53,107 nt of DNA from Collinsella sp. (GTDB taxonomy: Bacteria > Actinomycetota > Coriobacteriia > Coriobacteriales > Coriobacteriaceae): assembly GCA_019414465.1 (NCBI GenBank), contig DXLY01000003.1, positions 3,137 to 56,243 on the forward strand, in the 5' to 3' direction. The notes under the pieces are model-generated. The model worked only from the letters and a program-made list of their open reading frames with translations. It was not told the origin of the DNA and made no database searches. Positions 35,006 to 43,044 of the stretch are shown here, piece after piece (position 1 is the stretch's first letter; the number at the start of each line of letters is the position of its first letter). The translations under genes and the position numbers were made by a program.

Positions 35006-35914
35006 TTATTTGCGCATCAAACCGCCGCGCTCGTCGATGGCGTCCCAGAAGGCGCCAGCAAAGCGAGGATCGCTTGCGGCCATGAGGGCGTTGGTGGCCA
35101 TCCAGCCAGACGGGGTGCCGGTGTCGTAGCCCGAAAGCGGGTCGATGACGACGGCGTACATGGCCTCGCGGTCGAGCGAGCGGGCCATGGCGTCGGTCAG
35201 CTGGATCTCGCCGCCCTTACCAGCCTGCTGATCGGCCAGCAGGTCCATGACCAGCGGGCTCAGCAGGTAGCGACCGACGATGTACAGGTTGGACGGAGCC
35301 GCCTCGGGAGCGGGCTTCTCAACCAGACCGCCGATGCGCCAAACGGCACCAGGCTCGTCGTCGGCAGCATTCTCGAAGCCCTCGAGAGCGCCCACGCGAT
35401 CGCCGGCGATGACGCCATAACGGCTGACTTCCTCGGGAGCGCACGCGGCAACGGCGATAACCGAAGCGCCACCGTGCTCCTTGGAGACGGCGAGCATCTT
35501 GTCGCAGATGTCGCGGTTGGGCACAACGTAGTCGCCCAGAAGAACCAGGAAGTTCTCCCCCGCCACAGCGTCGGCGGCAGATCGAATAGCGTGACCGAGG
35601 CCCTTGGGCTCGTACTGATAACGGAAGTCGACCGGCATACCGCCCGCATGGGCGACGGCGTCGGCATAAGCATCCTTGCCGCGCTCGCGCAGCAGGTTCT
35701 CGAGCGAACGGTCGGGCTGGAAGTAGCTCAGCAGCTCGGGCTTACCGGGAGAGGTAACGATGATGGCATCGTCGACCTCCTCGGGGTCGAGTGCCTCCTC
35801 AACGACATACTGAATGACCGGCTTGTCGAGCACCGGCAGCATCTCTTTGGGCGTGCACTTGGTGCCAGGCAGAAAACGCGTGCCAAGACCGGCGGCGGGG
35901 ATGATTGCCTTCAT
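35006..35914 (-). CDS. galU: UTP--glucose-1-phosphate uridylyltransferase
   Basis: MKAIIPAAGLGTRFLP..PKEMLP, GLGHA, VEKP and GGEIQLTDA motifs. Confidence 0.92.
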   Translation of the reverse strand: MKAIIPAAGLGTRFLPGTKCTPKEMLPVLDKPVIQYVVEEALDPEEVDDAIIVTSPGKPELLSYFQPDRSLENLLRERGKDAYADAVAHAGGMPVDFRYQYEPKGLGHAIRSAADAVAGENFLVLLGDYVVPNRDICDKMLAVSKEHGGASVIAVAACAPEEVSRYGVIAGDRVGALEGFENAADDEPGAVWRIGGLVEKPAPEAAPSNLYIVGRYLLSPLVMDLLADQQAGKGGEIQLTDAMARSLDREAMYAVVIDPLSGYDTGTPSGWMATNALMAASDPRFAGAFWDAIDERGGLMRK

Positions 35915-36160
35915 GTTATTCAAAGATCCTTTCGCAGGCGCAAAAGCGCCCCATGCGTGCGGCGCACAGCCGCAGACCAAATTGCGATACCCAAGCATCT
36001 TACCGCTGGAACTATATGTCGCTACAAGGCAGGGACAATTCTTCAGCAGGTCAACGCAAATTATTGCTCGAATGGTGCAATTTAATTGCCCAACGGCAGG
36101 ACACCCGATACGACGCAAATCACAGAACATGGCAGTTTGAGCAACCGATACCGAGGGACC

Positions 36161-36201
36161 TAAAAACAAAAAAGACGGGGCTCGCAATGCGAACCCCGTC
36201 T
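36161..36201 (-). terminator. Rho-independent terminator after rplL
   Basis: Minus strand AGACGGGGTTCGCA-TGCGAGCCCCGTCT followed by TTTTGTTTTT. Confidence 0.8.
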
Positions 36202-36228
36202 GCAAAGAAATCTGGCGAGAAAGCCTGA

Positions 36229-36606
36229 TTACTTGAGGGTGACAGCAGCGCCAGCAGCCTCGAGCTTCTCCTTGGCAGCCTCGGCGTCCTCCTTCTTGGC
36301 ACCCTCGAGAACAGCCTTGGGAGCGCCCTCGACGACCTCCTTGGCCTCCTTCAGGCCAAGGTTGGTGAGCTCACGGACGGCCTTGATGACCTGGATCTTG
36401 TTGTCGCCGAAGCCCTCGAGCACGACGTCAAACTCGGTCTTCTCCTCGGCCTCAGCAGCGCCAGCAGCGGGAGCGGCGACAACAGCGGCAGGAGCAGCGG
36501 CGGAAACGCCGAAGGTGTCCTCGATAGCCTTAACGAGCTCGGAAGCCTCGAGAAGGGTCATTTCCTTAAGAGCATCGATGATCTCATCGGTGGTAAGCTT
36601 AGCCAT
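36229..36606 (-). CDS. rplL: 50S ribosomal protein L7/L12
   Basis: [19 protein letters not shown] and LGLKEAK. Confidence 0.97.
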   Translation of the reverse strand: MAKLTTDEIIDALKEMTLLEASELVKAIEDTFGVSAAAPAAVVAAPAAGAAEAEEKTEFDVVLEGFGDNKIQVIKAVRELTNLGLKEAKEVVEGAPKAVLEGAKKEDAEAAKEKLEAAGAAVTLK

Positions 36607-36708
36607 TTCTAAGTCCTTTCGGTTTCCGTGTCTGTGCACGGAGATCAGTTAAAACACGGCGCGAATGCGCCAGGGGTGCGGCGTTGCCGCCGCGGGTGAA
36701 AACAGCGA

Positions 36709-37230
36709 CTAGGCTGCCTTCTGCTCGGAGACCTGCTGGATCGAACGAGCGAGACCAGAGGAAACGCCGTTGACGCAGACAGCGATGTCGCGAGCGAAAC
36801 CGGAGATGAGACCGGCAATCTGGCCGAGAAGCTGGTCCTTGGTGGGCAGCTCGGCGATAGCCTTAACATCATCAGCGGAAACGGCCTTGCCGTCGGAGAT
36901 ACCGCCCTTGATCTCAAGGACGCCCTTGGACTTAGCGGAGAAGTCCTTAAGGGTCTTAGCGGCCTCGACCGGCTCGGTCTCGTAGAACACATAAGCGACG
37001 GGGCCGGCGAGGATCTCGTCGAGCTCGGGCTGCTCCTGGTTCTTGAGAGCGATCTTGACCAGGTTGTTCTTGTAGACCTTCATCTCGGCGCCGCACTCGC
37101 GAAGCTGATGACGCAGCTCCTGAGCCTGCTTAACCGTCAGACCGTTGTAGTTGACGACGAACAGACCGGCGTTCTCGGCGATACGGGACTCAATCTCTGC
37201 AACCTTGTCGATTTTGTACTGCTGGGGCAT
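36709..37230 (-). CDS. rplJ: 50S ribosomal protein L10
   Basis: YNGLTV, VYKNNL and AELPTKDQL; directly upstream of rplL. Confidence 0.95.
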   Translation of the reverse strand: MPQQYKIDKVAEIESRIAENAGLFVVNYNGLTVKQAQELRHQLRECGAEMKVYKNNLVKIALKNQEQPELDEILAGPVAYVFYETEPVEAAKTLKDFSAKSKGVLEIKGGISDGKAVSADDVKAIAELPTKDQLLGQIAGLISGFARDIAVCVNGVSSGLARSIQQVSEQKAA

Positions 37231-37293
37231 GAATTACACCTCCTCGAATTCTTTCCGGGCACGGTCCGCCACAAGGACGTGACGGGGGCATGT

Positions 37294-37430
37294 CCAAAAA
37301 GAAAGCCCCCGCGCTGCATGAGCGACGGGGGCGAGAAGACATATCTACTCGACCACCTCGGCTGGCGGGAAGTCCCATTAAGCTCGCGGGTAAGACCCGT
37401 TTGCGCCGGCTGTCTCTGGCAGCGGATTCG
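37294..37430 (-). ncRNA. L10 leader (cis-regulatory attenuator)
   Basis: Minus strand GCCAGAGACAGCCGGCG...CTTAAT...CCCGCCAGCCGAGGT, the layout of the L10 leader, followed by hairpin GCCCCCG..CGGGGGC and TTTCTTTTT upstream of rplJ. Confidence 0.75.
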
Positions 37431-37446
37431 TGCGTGAACCGAAAGT

Positions 37447-37475
37447 ATTATGGCGGGGACCCCGGCGTCGGTCAA
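37447..37475 (-). promoter_or_regulatory. rplJL promoter
   Basis: Minus strand TTGACC-17 bp-CATAAT just upstream of the L10 leader. Confidence 0.65.
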
Positions 37476-37685
37476 CGGGAAACCGGGCTGCACACAATTC
37501 CACCATCCGGCCGCGCCGCCGAAGGCCAGGCGCAAGGTTTTCGCTCGGTCAGGTCCTGAGCTCGCACGAAGAGCACATTAAGTGCTCTTCGGCTCGTGCG
37601 GAATCTACGAAAACCTTGCGCCTGGCCTTCGGCGGCGCGGCCTGCGGTGACTTTGGGGCAGCCCGGTTTCCCGTTGGCCGGCGCC
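37464..37685. repeat. ~220-bp imperfect palindrome (REPIN/MITE-like)
   Basis: Perfect 19-bp outer arms (37473-37491 / 37658-37676), perfect 35-bp inner arms (37509-37543 / 37608-37642) and a central 10-bp stem around ATTAA. Confidence 0.9.
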
Positions 37686-37735
37686 CCCACTCATAAGCCT
37701 TAAGTCGGTGGGCTGATATGTTGCGTCCCTGATGG

Positions 37736-38872
37736 CTACAAGGTTGAAAGGAAGGTGGACAGGCGGCGGAGGCCTTCGTCCAGGTCTTTATCGGAAACGC
37801 AATAGCTGAGGCGGACGTGGCCTTCGGTGCCGAAGCAGTCGCCCGGGACTAGGGCTACGTTTGCCTCTTCGATGGCTTTGATGCAGAAGTCTTCGCTTGT
37901 TAGGCCGAACTTTTTGATGCTCGGGAAAGTGTAGAAGGCTCCTGCGGGCTCTACTACGTCGAGGCCCATGGCGTATAAGGCTGCGAGTACACGTTTGCGA
38001 CGAGCTCGGTAGACTTCGAGCATGGGGGTGGGGTCGACGGTCAGAGCTCGAGCTGCAGCGTCCATCTCAAATGAAACGGCGCTCGATACTAAGTATTGGT
38101 GAGCTTTTGCGATCTCGGCGATGACGGGTGCCGCTGCTGCGAGCCAGCCCAGGCGCCAGCCGGTCATAGCCCAGGGCTTGGAGAAGCTCTCGATGACGAC
38201 CGTCTGCTCACGCAGCTCCGGGTGACGCTGGGCAAAGCGCTCGTAGCCATCCACATAAACCAGGCGGTTGTATACGTCGTCGCAGACCACGTAGATGCCC
38301 GCCTGCTCCGCCACGTGCGCCACGGCGTCGAGCGATGCCGTGTCGAGGATGCAACCCGTGGGATTGTTGGGCGAGCAGATGACGATGGCCTTGGTCGCCG
38401 GCGTCACGCAAGCACGAAGCGCATCCTCGTCAATCTGGAATTGCGCGGGCTCCGTATCCAAGAAGACCGCTTTGGCGTGGTTGGCCACAACGATGCTCTC
38501 GTACAGGCCAAAGGCCGGCGTGGGGATAATGACCTCGTCGCCGGGGTTGAGCATGGCCATGAATGTTGCCGACAGTGCCTCGGTCGCGCCGTCGGTCAGG
38601 ATGACCTCATCGGCGGAAAACGCCAGGCCCGCGTCATCCATATATTTGGACAGTGCATCACGCAGGGCGGGGCGACCGTTGTTGGGCGGATAGTGCGTGT
38701 CACCGCGGTCCAGCGCGGCGGTCACCTCGGCGCTAATCACATCGGGCGTGGGAAAATCGGGCTCGCCGAGCGCAAGCGCGATGCACCCCGGGTGCTGGGC
38801 GGCGAGCGCGTTGATCCGGCGGATACCGGAGGGCTTGAGCGTGGCAAGCGAGGTATTCATGGGCAGTCGCAT
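37736..38872 (-). CDS. PLP-dependent aminotransferase class I/II
   Basis: GEPDF, SPNNPTG, DDVY and SFSKPWAMTGWRLG (PLP lysine). Confidence 0.92.
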   Translation of the reverse strand: MRLPMNTSLATLKPSGIRRINALAAQHPGCIALALGEPDFPTPDVISAEVTAALDRGDTHYPPNNGRPALRDALSKYMDDAGLAFSADEVILTDGATEALSATFMAMLNPGDEVIIPTPAFGLYESIVVANHAKAVFLDTEPAQFQIDEDALRACVTPATKAIVICSPNNPTGCILDTASLDAVAHVAEQAGIYVVCDDVYNRLVYVDGYERFAQRHPELREQTVVIESFSKPWAMTGWRLGWLAAAAPVIAEIAKAHQYLVSSAVSFEMDAAARALTVDPTPMLEVYRARRKRVLAALYAMGLDVVEPAGAFYTFPSIKKFGLTSEDFCIKAIEEANVALVPGDCFGTEGHVRLSYCVSDKDLDEGLRRLSTFLSTL

Positions 38873-38965
38873 GGCGTTCCTTTCGTAAGGGTTGCACTAG
38901 GATAGCGCGGCGGGGCGCCGCCAGACGGTGTAACCTAAACGGAAACGAGCCGGAAAGGAGATGGC

Positions 38966-39628
38966 ATGGAGACGACCGCGCGTAGCGACGTACCAAAAAC
39001 ACTGCAAACCATTGCGTATATCAGCATTCCCAATAGCGCCGATCTTGAGTTTTTGCTTTGGGACCTGCAGGATGCCATCGCCGCCTATGCACAGCTTTCC
39101 GGCACTGCACTCCCCCGCCCAGTCGACTTGAAGGCAAATGACGCCGGCAGCGTTGCCGATGGCATCGTGCTGGCCATTGAAGATATGGCTGACGATGAGA
39201 CGTTGACAGCCATCGAGCAGGCGCTTGAGCGCTTTGGCAGTACGGGAACGCGTGTCTACGCCGTGATTAGAGCCGCACAACAGGGCGCTGAGCAGGCGCG
39301 TGGGACCGCCGTTCGCTTGCACAAGGCATGCGAGCGCCATGACCAATTGTGGTGTGGCGGCGTTGCCATCTGCGCCGGCAGCGGCATCGCAGCGCTTCGC
39401 CATTCCCCACGCATGGGCCTCTTACGCCGACCATTTTCGGAAGCGATGGATAAGCTTGTGGGCGCTGTGCGCATGGGCTGCTCCGTCGAGCATGCACAGC
39501 GACTTGGCGGCGGCAATGCCGCCAACGTCGACGCCGACGGCATGGTTTGCGCCGAGCCAGCCGTGCCCGCGCCGGTCTGGCGAGGCGTTCTGAAACACCT
39601 CGGCGCCCACACTCAATCAATAATCTAA
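38966..39628 (+). CDS. Hypothetical protein, possibly a degenerate flavodoxin-like fold
   Basis: RBS AAGGAG. Alternating alpha/beta pattern with RVYAVI and WCGGVAI segments. No clear cofactor motif. Confidence 0.5.
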   Translation: METTARSDVPKTLQTIAYISIPNSADLEFLLWDLQDAIAAYAQLSGTALPRPVDLKANDAGSVADGIVLAIEDMADDETLTAIEQALERFGSTGTRVYAVIRAAQQGAEQARGTAVRLHKACERHDQLWCGGVAICAGSGIAALRHSPRMGLLRRPFSEAMDKLVGAVRMGCSVEHAQRLGGGNAANVDADGMVCAEPAVPAPVWRGVLKHLGAHTQSII

Positions 39629-39629
39629 A

Positions 39630-40193
39630 TTAATGAGCTGCCCAGTCAACGGCTTCACTCCAACGCTCGACAAGCCGCTCCAAACGCCACGCCGCGTTGG
39701 CAGGACTTGTCGAGGGCAGGACGATGGCGGGCAGCCCCGTCCGATCTTGCAAGTAGCGTTTGTAGAGTCGCCCTGCCGTGCCGCCGTTACAGACAACGGC
39801 CTCGATCGGCGCGGCATCGGTAATGCACTCGATATGTGCCGGCACAACGTTGCGAATGCTCGCGTCACTCGAGCCCTTAATGTCGCAGCCCTCAATCACA
39901 TCCCACAGGGCTACGCCGCCGTTCAGCAGCATGGATCGCTTGGCGGCAATCGAGGCGTCGAGCGTCGCAGGCTCGCTGCCTGCCAAAGGGTCGCCCTCGT
40001 TGGGCGGCACGGGCACACCGAGACACGCGGCCATCACGCGCCAAAAGCGATTCTGAGGGTTGCCGTAATAAAAGGCATTGGCGCGCGAAAGCACCGAGGG
40101 AAACGACCCCAGCACCAAAACGCGCGAGTGCTGGTCGAACACGGGCTCAAACCCATGCTCAATATGTTGATAGCCCACGTCGGACGCAGCCAT
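39630..40193 (-). CDS. Hypoxanthine (deoxyinosine) DNA glycosylase, UDG superfamily
   Basis: VLGSFPS, YYGNPQNRFW, LWDV and LPSTSPAN motifs. Confidence 0.85.
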   Translation of the reverse strand: MAASDVGYQHIEHGFEPVFDQHSRVLVLGSFPSVLSRANAFYYGNPQNRFWRVMAACLGVPVPPNEGDPLAGSEPATLDASIAAKRSMLLNGGVALWDVIEGCDIKGSSDASIRNVVPAHIECITDAAPIEAVVCNGGTAGRLYKRYLQDRTGLPAIVLPSTSPANAAWRLERLVERWSEAVDWAAH

Positions 40194-40196
40194 GGC

Positions 40197-41573
40197 CTAG
40201 GCCCTCAACAGATAGCGCACCTCGTAGGGCGCAAGCTCAAGGGAGCCCGCCAGCTCGACCGTGGGCACGCCGTCGCCAAGCAGGTCGACGAAGGAGCCGT
40301 TGAGTTCGCCGGCGGTGAAGGTATACCTCTCATCCACGGCATTCACCGCCACGAGTACCGTCGCGCCGTCACAGGCGCGCTCAAACAGCAGCTGCTTGTT
40401 CTGAATCACCACGTTGCGGTACGCACCGTAGTTGAGAGCGCGTGCCGCCGCATCGTCTGTCGAGCGCAGGTGCGTGAGCTGCTTGATGAACGCCGTCAGC
40501 TCGTTGGGCGCAGGCTCATCGAGCGCAGGCCGCAGCGCCCAGTCGCCATCGGGGCCGCCCTTTTCGCCGGGAATCCCCCACTCGCTGCCGTAGTAGACGC
40601 ACGGGATGCCCGGCATGCCAAAGAGCATGCCATAAGCGGGACGCAGACAGGACTTGTCGGTGAGGATGCTTGCCAGGCGCGGCACATCGTGGTTGTCGAC
40701 AAACGAAAGCAGATGTTTGCCGCGGTAGATGCACCAAGGGTCGCCGCCAAACTGACGGTGCAGCGAATGGGCGATCTCGAACATGTTGACCGAGTTAAAG
40801 CTGGAATACAGGCCCTTGTAGCACTCGTAATTAGTGCACGAGTCGAGCATCTCGTCGTTGACGATCTGATTGTAGTCGCCGTGGAGCGTCTCGCCGATGA
40901 GCACAAAGCCGGGCTTGAGCTCACGGGTAAAGGAGTGTAGGCGGCGCATAAAGTCGCGGTCGAGCATGTAGGCGACGTCCAGGCGCAGGCCGTCGACGCC
41001 AAAGACGTCGGCCCAACGGCGCACAGACTCGAGCAGGTAATCGACCACAGCGGGATTTTGCAGGTTGAGCTTCACAAGCTCGTAATGTCCCTCCCAGCCC
41101 TCGTACCAAAAGCCGTCGCCATAGCAGGAGTCGCCGCCAAAACTGATGTGAAACCAATCCTTGTACGGCGAATCCCACTTGCGCTCCTGCACATCGCGGA
41201 AGGCCCAAAAGCCGCGACCGACGTGGTTGAAGACGGCATCGAGCACCACGCGGATGCCATGGGCGTGCAGCGTGTCGCATACGGCGGCAAAGTCGGCATC
41301 CCCGCCCAGGCGACGGTCTATATGGCGCAGGCTGCGCGTGTCGTAGCCGTGACTATCGGACTCGAGCGGCGGGTTGATGAGCACAGCGCCAACGCCGAGT
41401 TTTTGCAGGCAGTCGGCCCATTGGGCAATCTTCATGATAGGAGCATCGGGGTTGGGTTCGACATCGGCGGCCTGGGCGAGCTCATCCTCGGCAACGGGGG
41501 CGGCGTTTTCGCGCGGAGCTCCGCAAAAGCCCAGCGGATAGATCTGATAGAACGTCGTCTCGTATGCCCACAT
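40197..41573 (-). CDS. GH13 alpha-amylase family glycosidase (cyclomaltodextrinase/maltodextrin glucosidase-like), cytoplasmic
   Basis: HGYD, DAVFNH, GLRLDVA, IGET and FVDNHD conserved regions. Confidence 0.9.
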   Translation of the reverse strand: MWAYETTFYQIYPLGFCGAPRENAAPVAEDELAQAADVEPNPDAPIMKIAQWADCLQKLGVGAVLINPPLESDSHGYDTRSLRHIDRRLGGDADFAAVCDTLHAHGIRVVLDAVFNHVGRGFWAFRDVQERKWDSPYKDWFHISFGGDSCYGDGFWYEGWEGHYELVKLNLQNPAVVDYLLESVRRWADVFGVDGLRLDVAYMLDRDFMRRLHSFTRELKPGFVLIGETLHGDYNQIVNDEMLDSCTNYECYKGLYSSFNSVNMFEIAHSLHRQFGGDPWCIYRGKHLLSFVDNHDVPRLASILTDKSCLRPAYGMLFGMPGIPCVYYGSEWGIPGEKGGPDGDWALRPALDEPAPNELTAFIKQLTHLRSTDDAAARALNYGAYRNVVIQNKQLLFERACDGATVLVAVNAVDERYTFTAGELNGSFVDLLGDGVPTVELAGSLELAPYEVRYLLRA

Positions 41574-41644
41574 AGCAACCTCCCGGTAAGCTCAACACAA
41601 CGACATCCATTGTATGCCCAGCTTGTATCCCCTCCCCCAAAATA

Positions 41645-41711
41645 AGTTGCGGTGGAATAGTTCCTGCTTGGGCCTTCAAAGGCCTTAAACAGGAACTATT
41701 CCACCGCAACT
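41645..41711. repeat. 22-bp inverted-repeat doublet, copy 1
   Basis: AGTTGCGGTGGAATAGTTCCTG-23 nt-CAGGAACTATTCCACCGCAACT, perfect arms. Confidence 0.9.
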
Positions 41712-41726
41712 GATGAGGGGACGTGG

Positions 41727-42923
41727 CTAGGCGACGGGCTTGGCGCGGCGGATGGCTGGGAACATCACCGTGATGGCGAGGATAACGCCCACGACGGCAA
41801 TCGCCCCGCCCACAAAGCCGATCCAGGCGATACCGGGACCCGAAACCACGGCTCCGCCGATCGCGGTACCCGTGCCGATACCGAGGTTGAACAGGCCCGA
41901 GAAGATCGACATGGCGACGGCCGACGAATCTGCCGGCGTGTGCTTGATGAGCTCGGCCTGAAACGCCACGTTAAAGGCCGTGGCGCAGCAACCCCACAGT
42001 GCGCACACAGCGAGAACCGCAGCGAGTGACGATGCGGCCGGACCCATGAGCAGCAGAGCCACCGGCACGCCGGAGAGCGTGATAGCCAAGAACGGGAAGC
42101 GATGCCCATCGAACAGGCGGCCAAACAGCCAGCTTCCGAGCAAACCAGAGCAGCCAAACGCCGTCAACGTCATGGTAATGGCGCCCGCATCGACGTGCGC
42201 GATCTGCGCCAGGAAGGGCTCGATATAGCTGTAGCTTGCGTAATAGCCGGTCGCCATGAAGACCGTGACTGCGTAGAGCGCGATGAGGAACGGGTTCTTG
42301 AGCAGCTCGGGCAGCTGCTTGAGCGTAAAACGCTCGCCCGCTGGCATGGCAGGGAACACCGTGGCCTGGTAGACGACCGCGACAGCAGACAGCGCTCCGA
42401 CCACGGCAAACGTCATGCGCCAGCCCACGGCCAAGCCAATGGCGCGACCGAGCGGCAGGCCAAAGATCTGTGCGATGGAAGAGCCCGTGGCGATCATGCT
42501 GATAGCGAGCGCCCCGTGGCGTGTGTCAACCAGGCGCGACGCCATGATCGAGGCGACCGACCAGAACACGGCGTGCGCGCAGGCAACCACCAGGCGCGCG
42601 CAGACTAAGATGGGATAGGTCGGTGCCAAGGCGGACAGGAACTGGCCCAGCGAGAACACGGCGAGCACGCCCAGCAGCATCCGCTTGAACTCGAAACGCG
42701 AAGCGAACACCATGAGCGGCAACGACAGCAGCATGACGCCCCAGGCATAGACCGAGATCATGATGCCCGCCTGGGCCTCGGTGAGCGAGAACGACGCGGC
42801 GATATCAGTCAAAAGGCCGATGGGCATAAACTCCGACGTGTTGAACACGAACGCACAGCAGGTGAGCCCGACGAGCGGGAGCCACTGCCTGAGCGTGATG
42901 CCGTCTTGCCTTGCCTGACTCAT
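41727..42923 (-). CDS. MFS transporter, SotB/NepI sugar-efflux-like
   Basis: FVFNTSEFMPIGLLTDIA and AHAVFWS motifs, about 12 TM segments. ATG 42923 after GGAG (TTG 42938 alternative). Confidence 0.85.
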   Translation of the reverse strand: MSQARQDGITLRQWLPLVGLTCCAFVFNTSEFMPIGLLTDIAASFSLTEAQAGIMISVYAWGVMLLSLPLMVFASRFEFKRMLLGVLAVFSLGQFLSALAPTYPILVCARLVVACAHAVFWSVASIMASRLVDTRHGALAISMIATGSSIAQIFGLPLGRAIGLAVGWRMTFAVVGALSAVAVVYQATVFPAMPAGERFTLKQLPELLKNPFLIALYAVTVFMATGYYASYSYIEPFLAQIAHVDAGAITMTLTAFGCSGLLGSWLFGRLFDGHRFPFLAITLSGVPVALLLMGPAASSLAAVLAVCALWGCCATAFNVAFQAELIKHTPADSSAVAMSIFSGLFNLGIGTGTAIGGAVVSGPGIAWIGFVGGAIAVVGVILAITVMFPAIRRAKPVA

Positions 42924-43044
42924 ATATAACGTCTCCAATCATTTTGAGCGGAGGCGATTATATAGCAACGGCCCCGCATCCGTCAGCAACAGATGCGGGG
43001 CCGAAAACAATTCGATACACAGAGGTTGCGCCGTCAATTCATAA

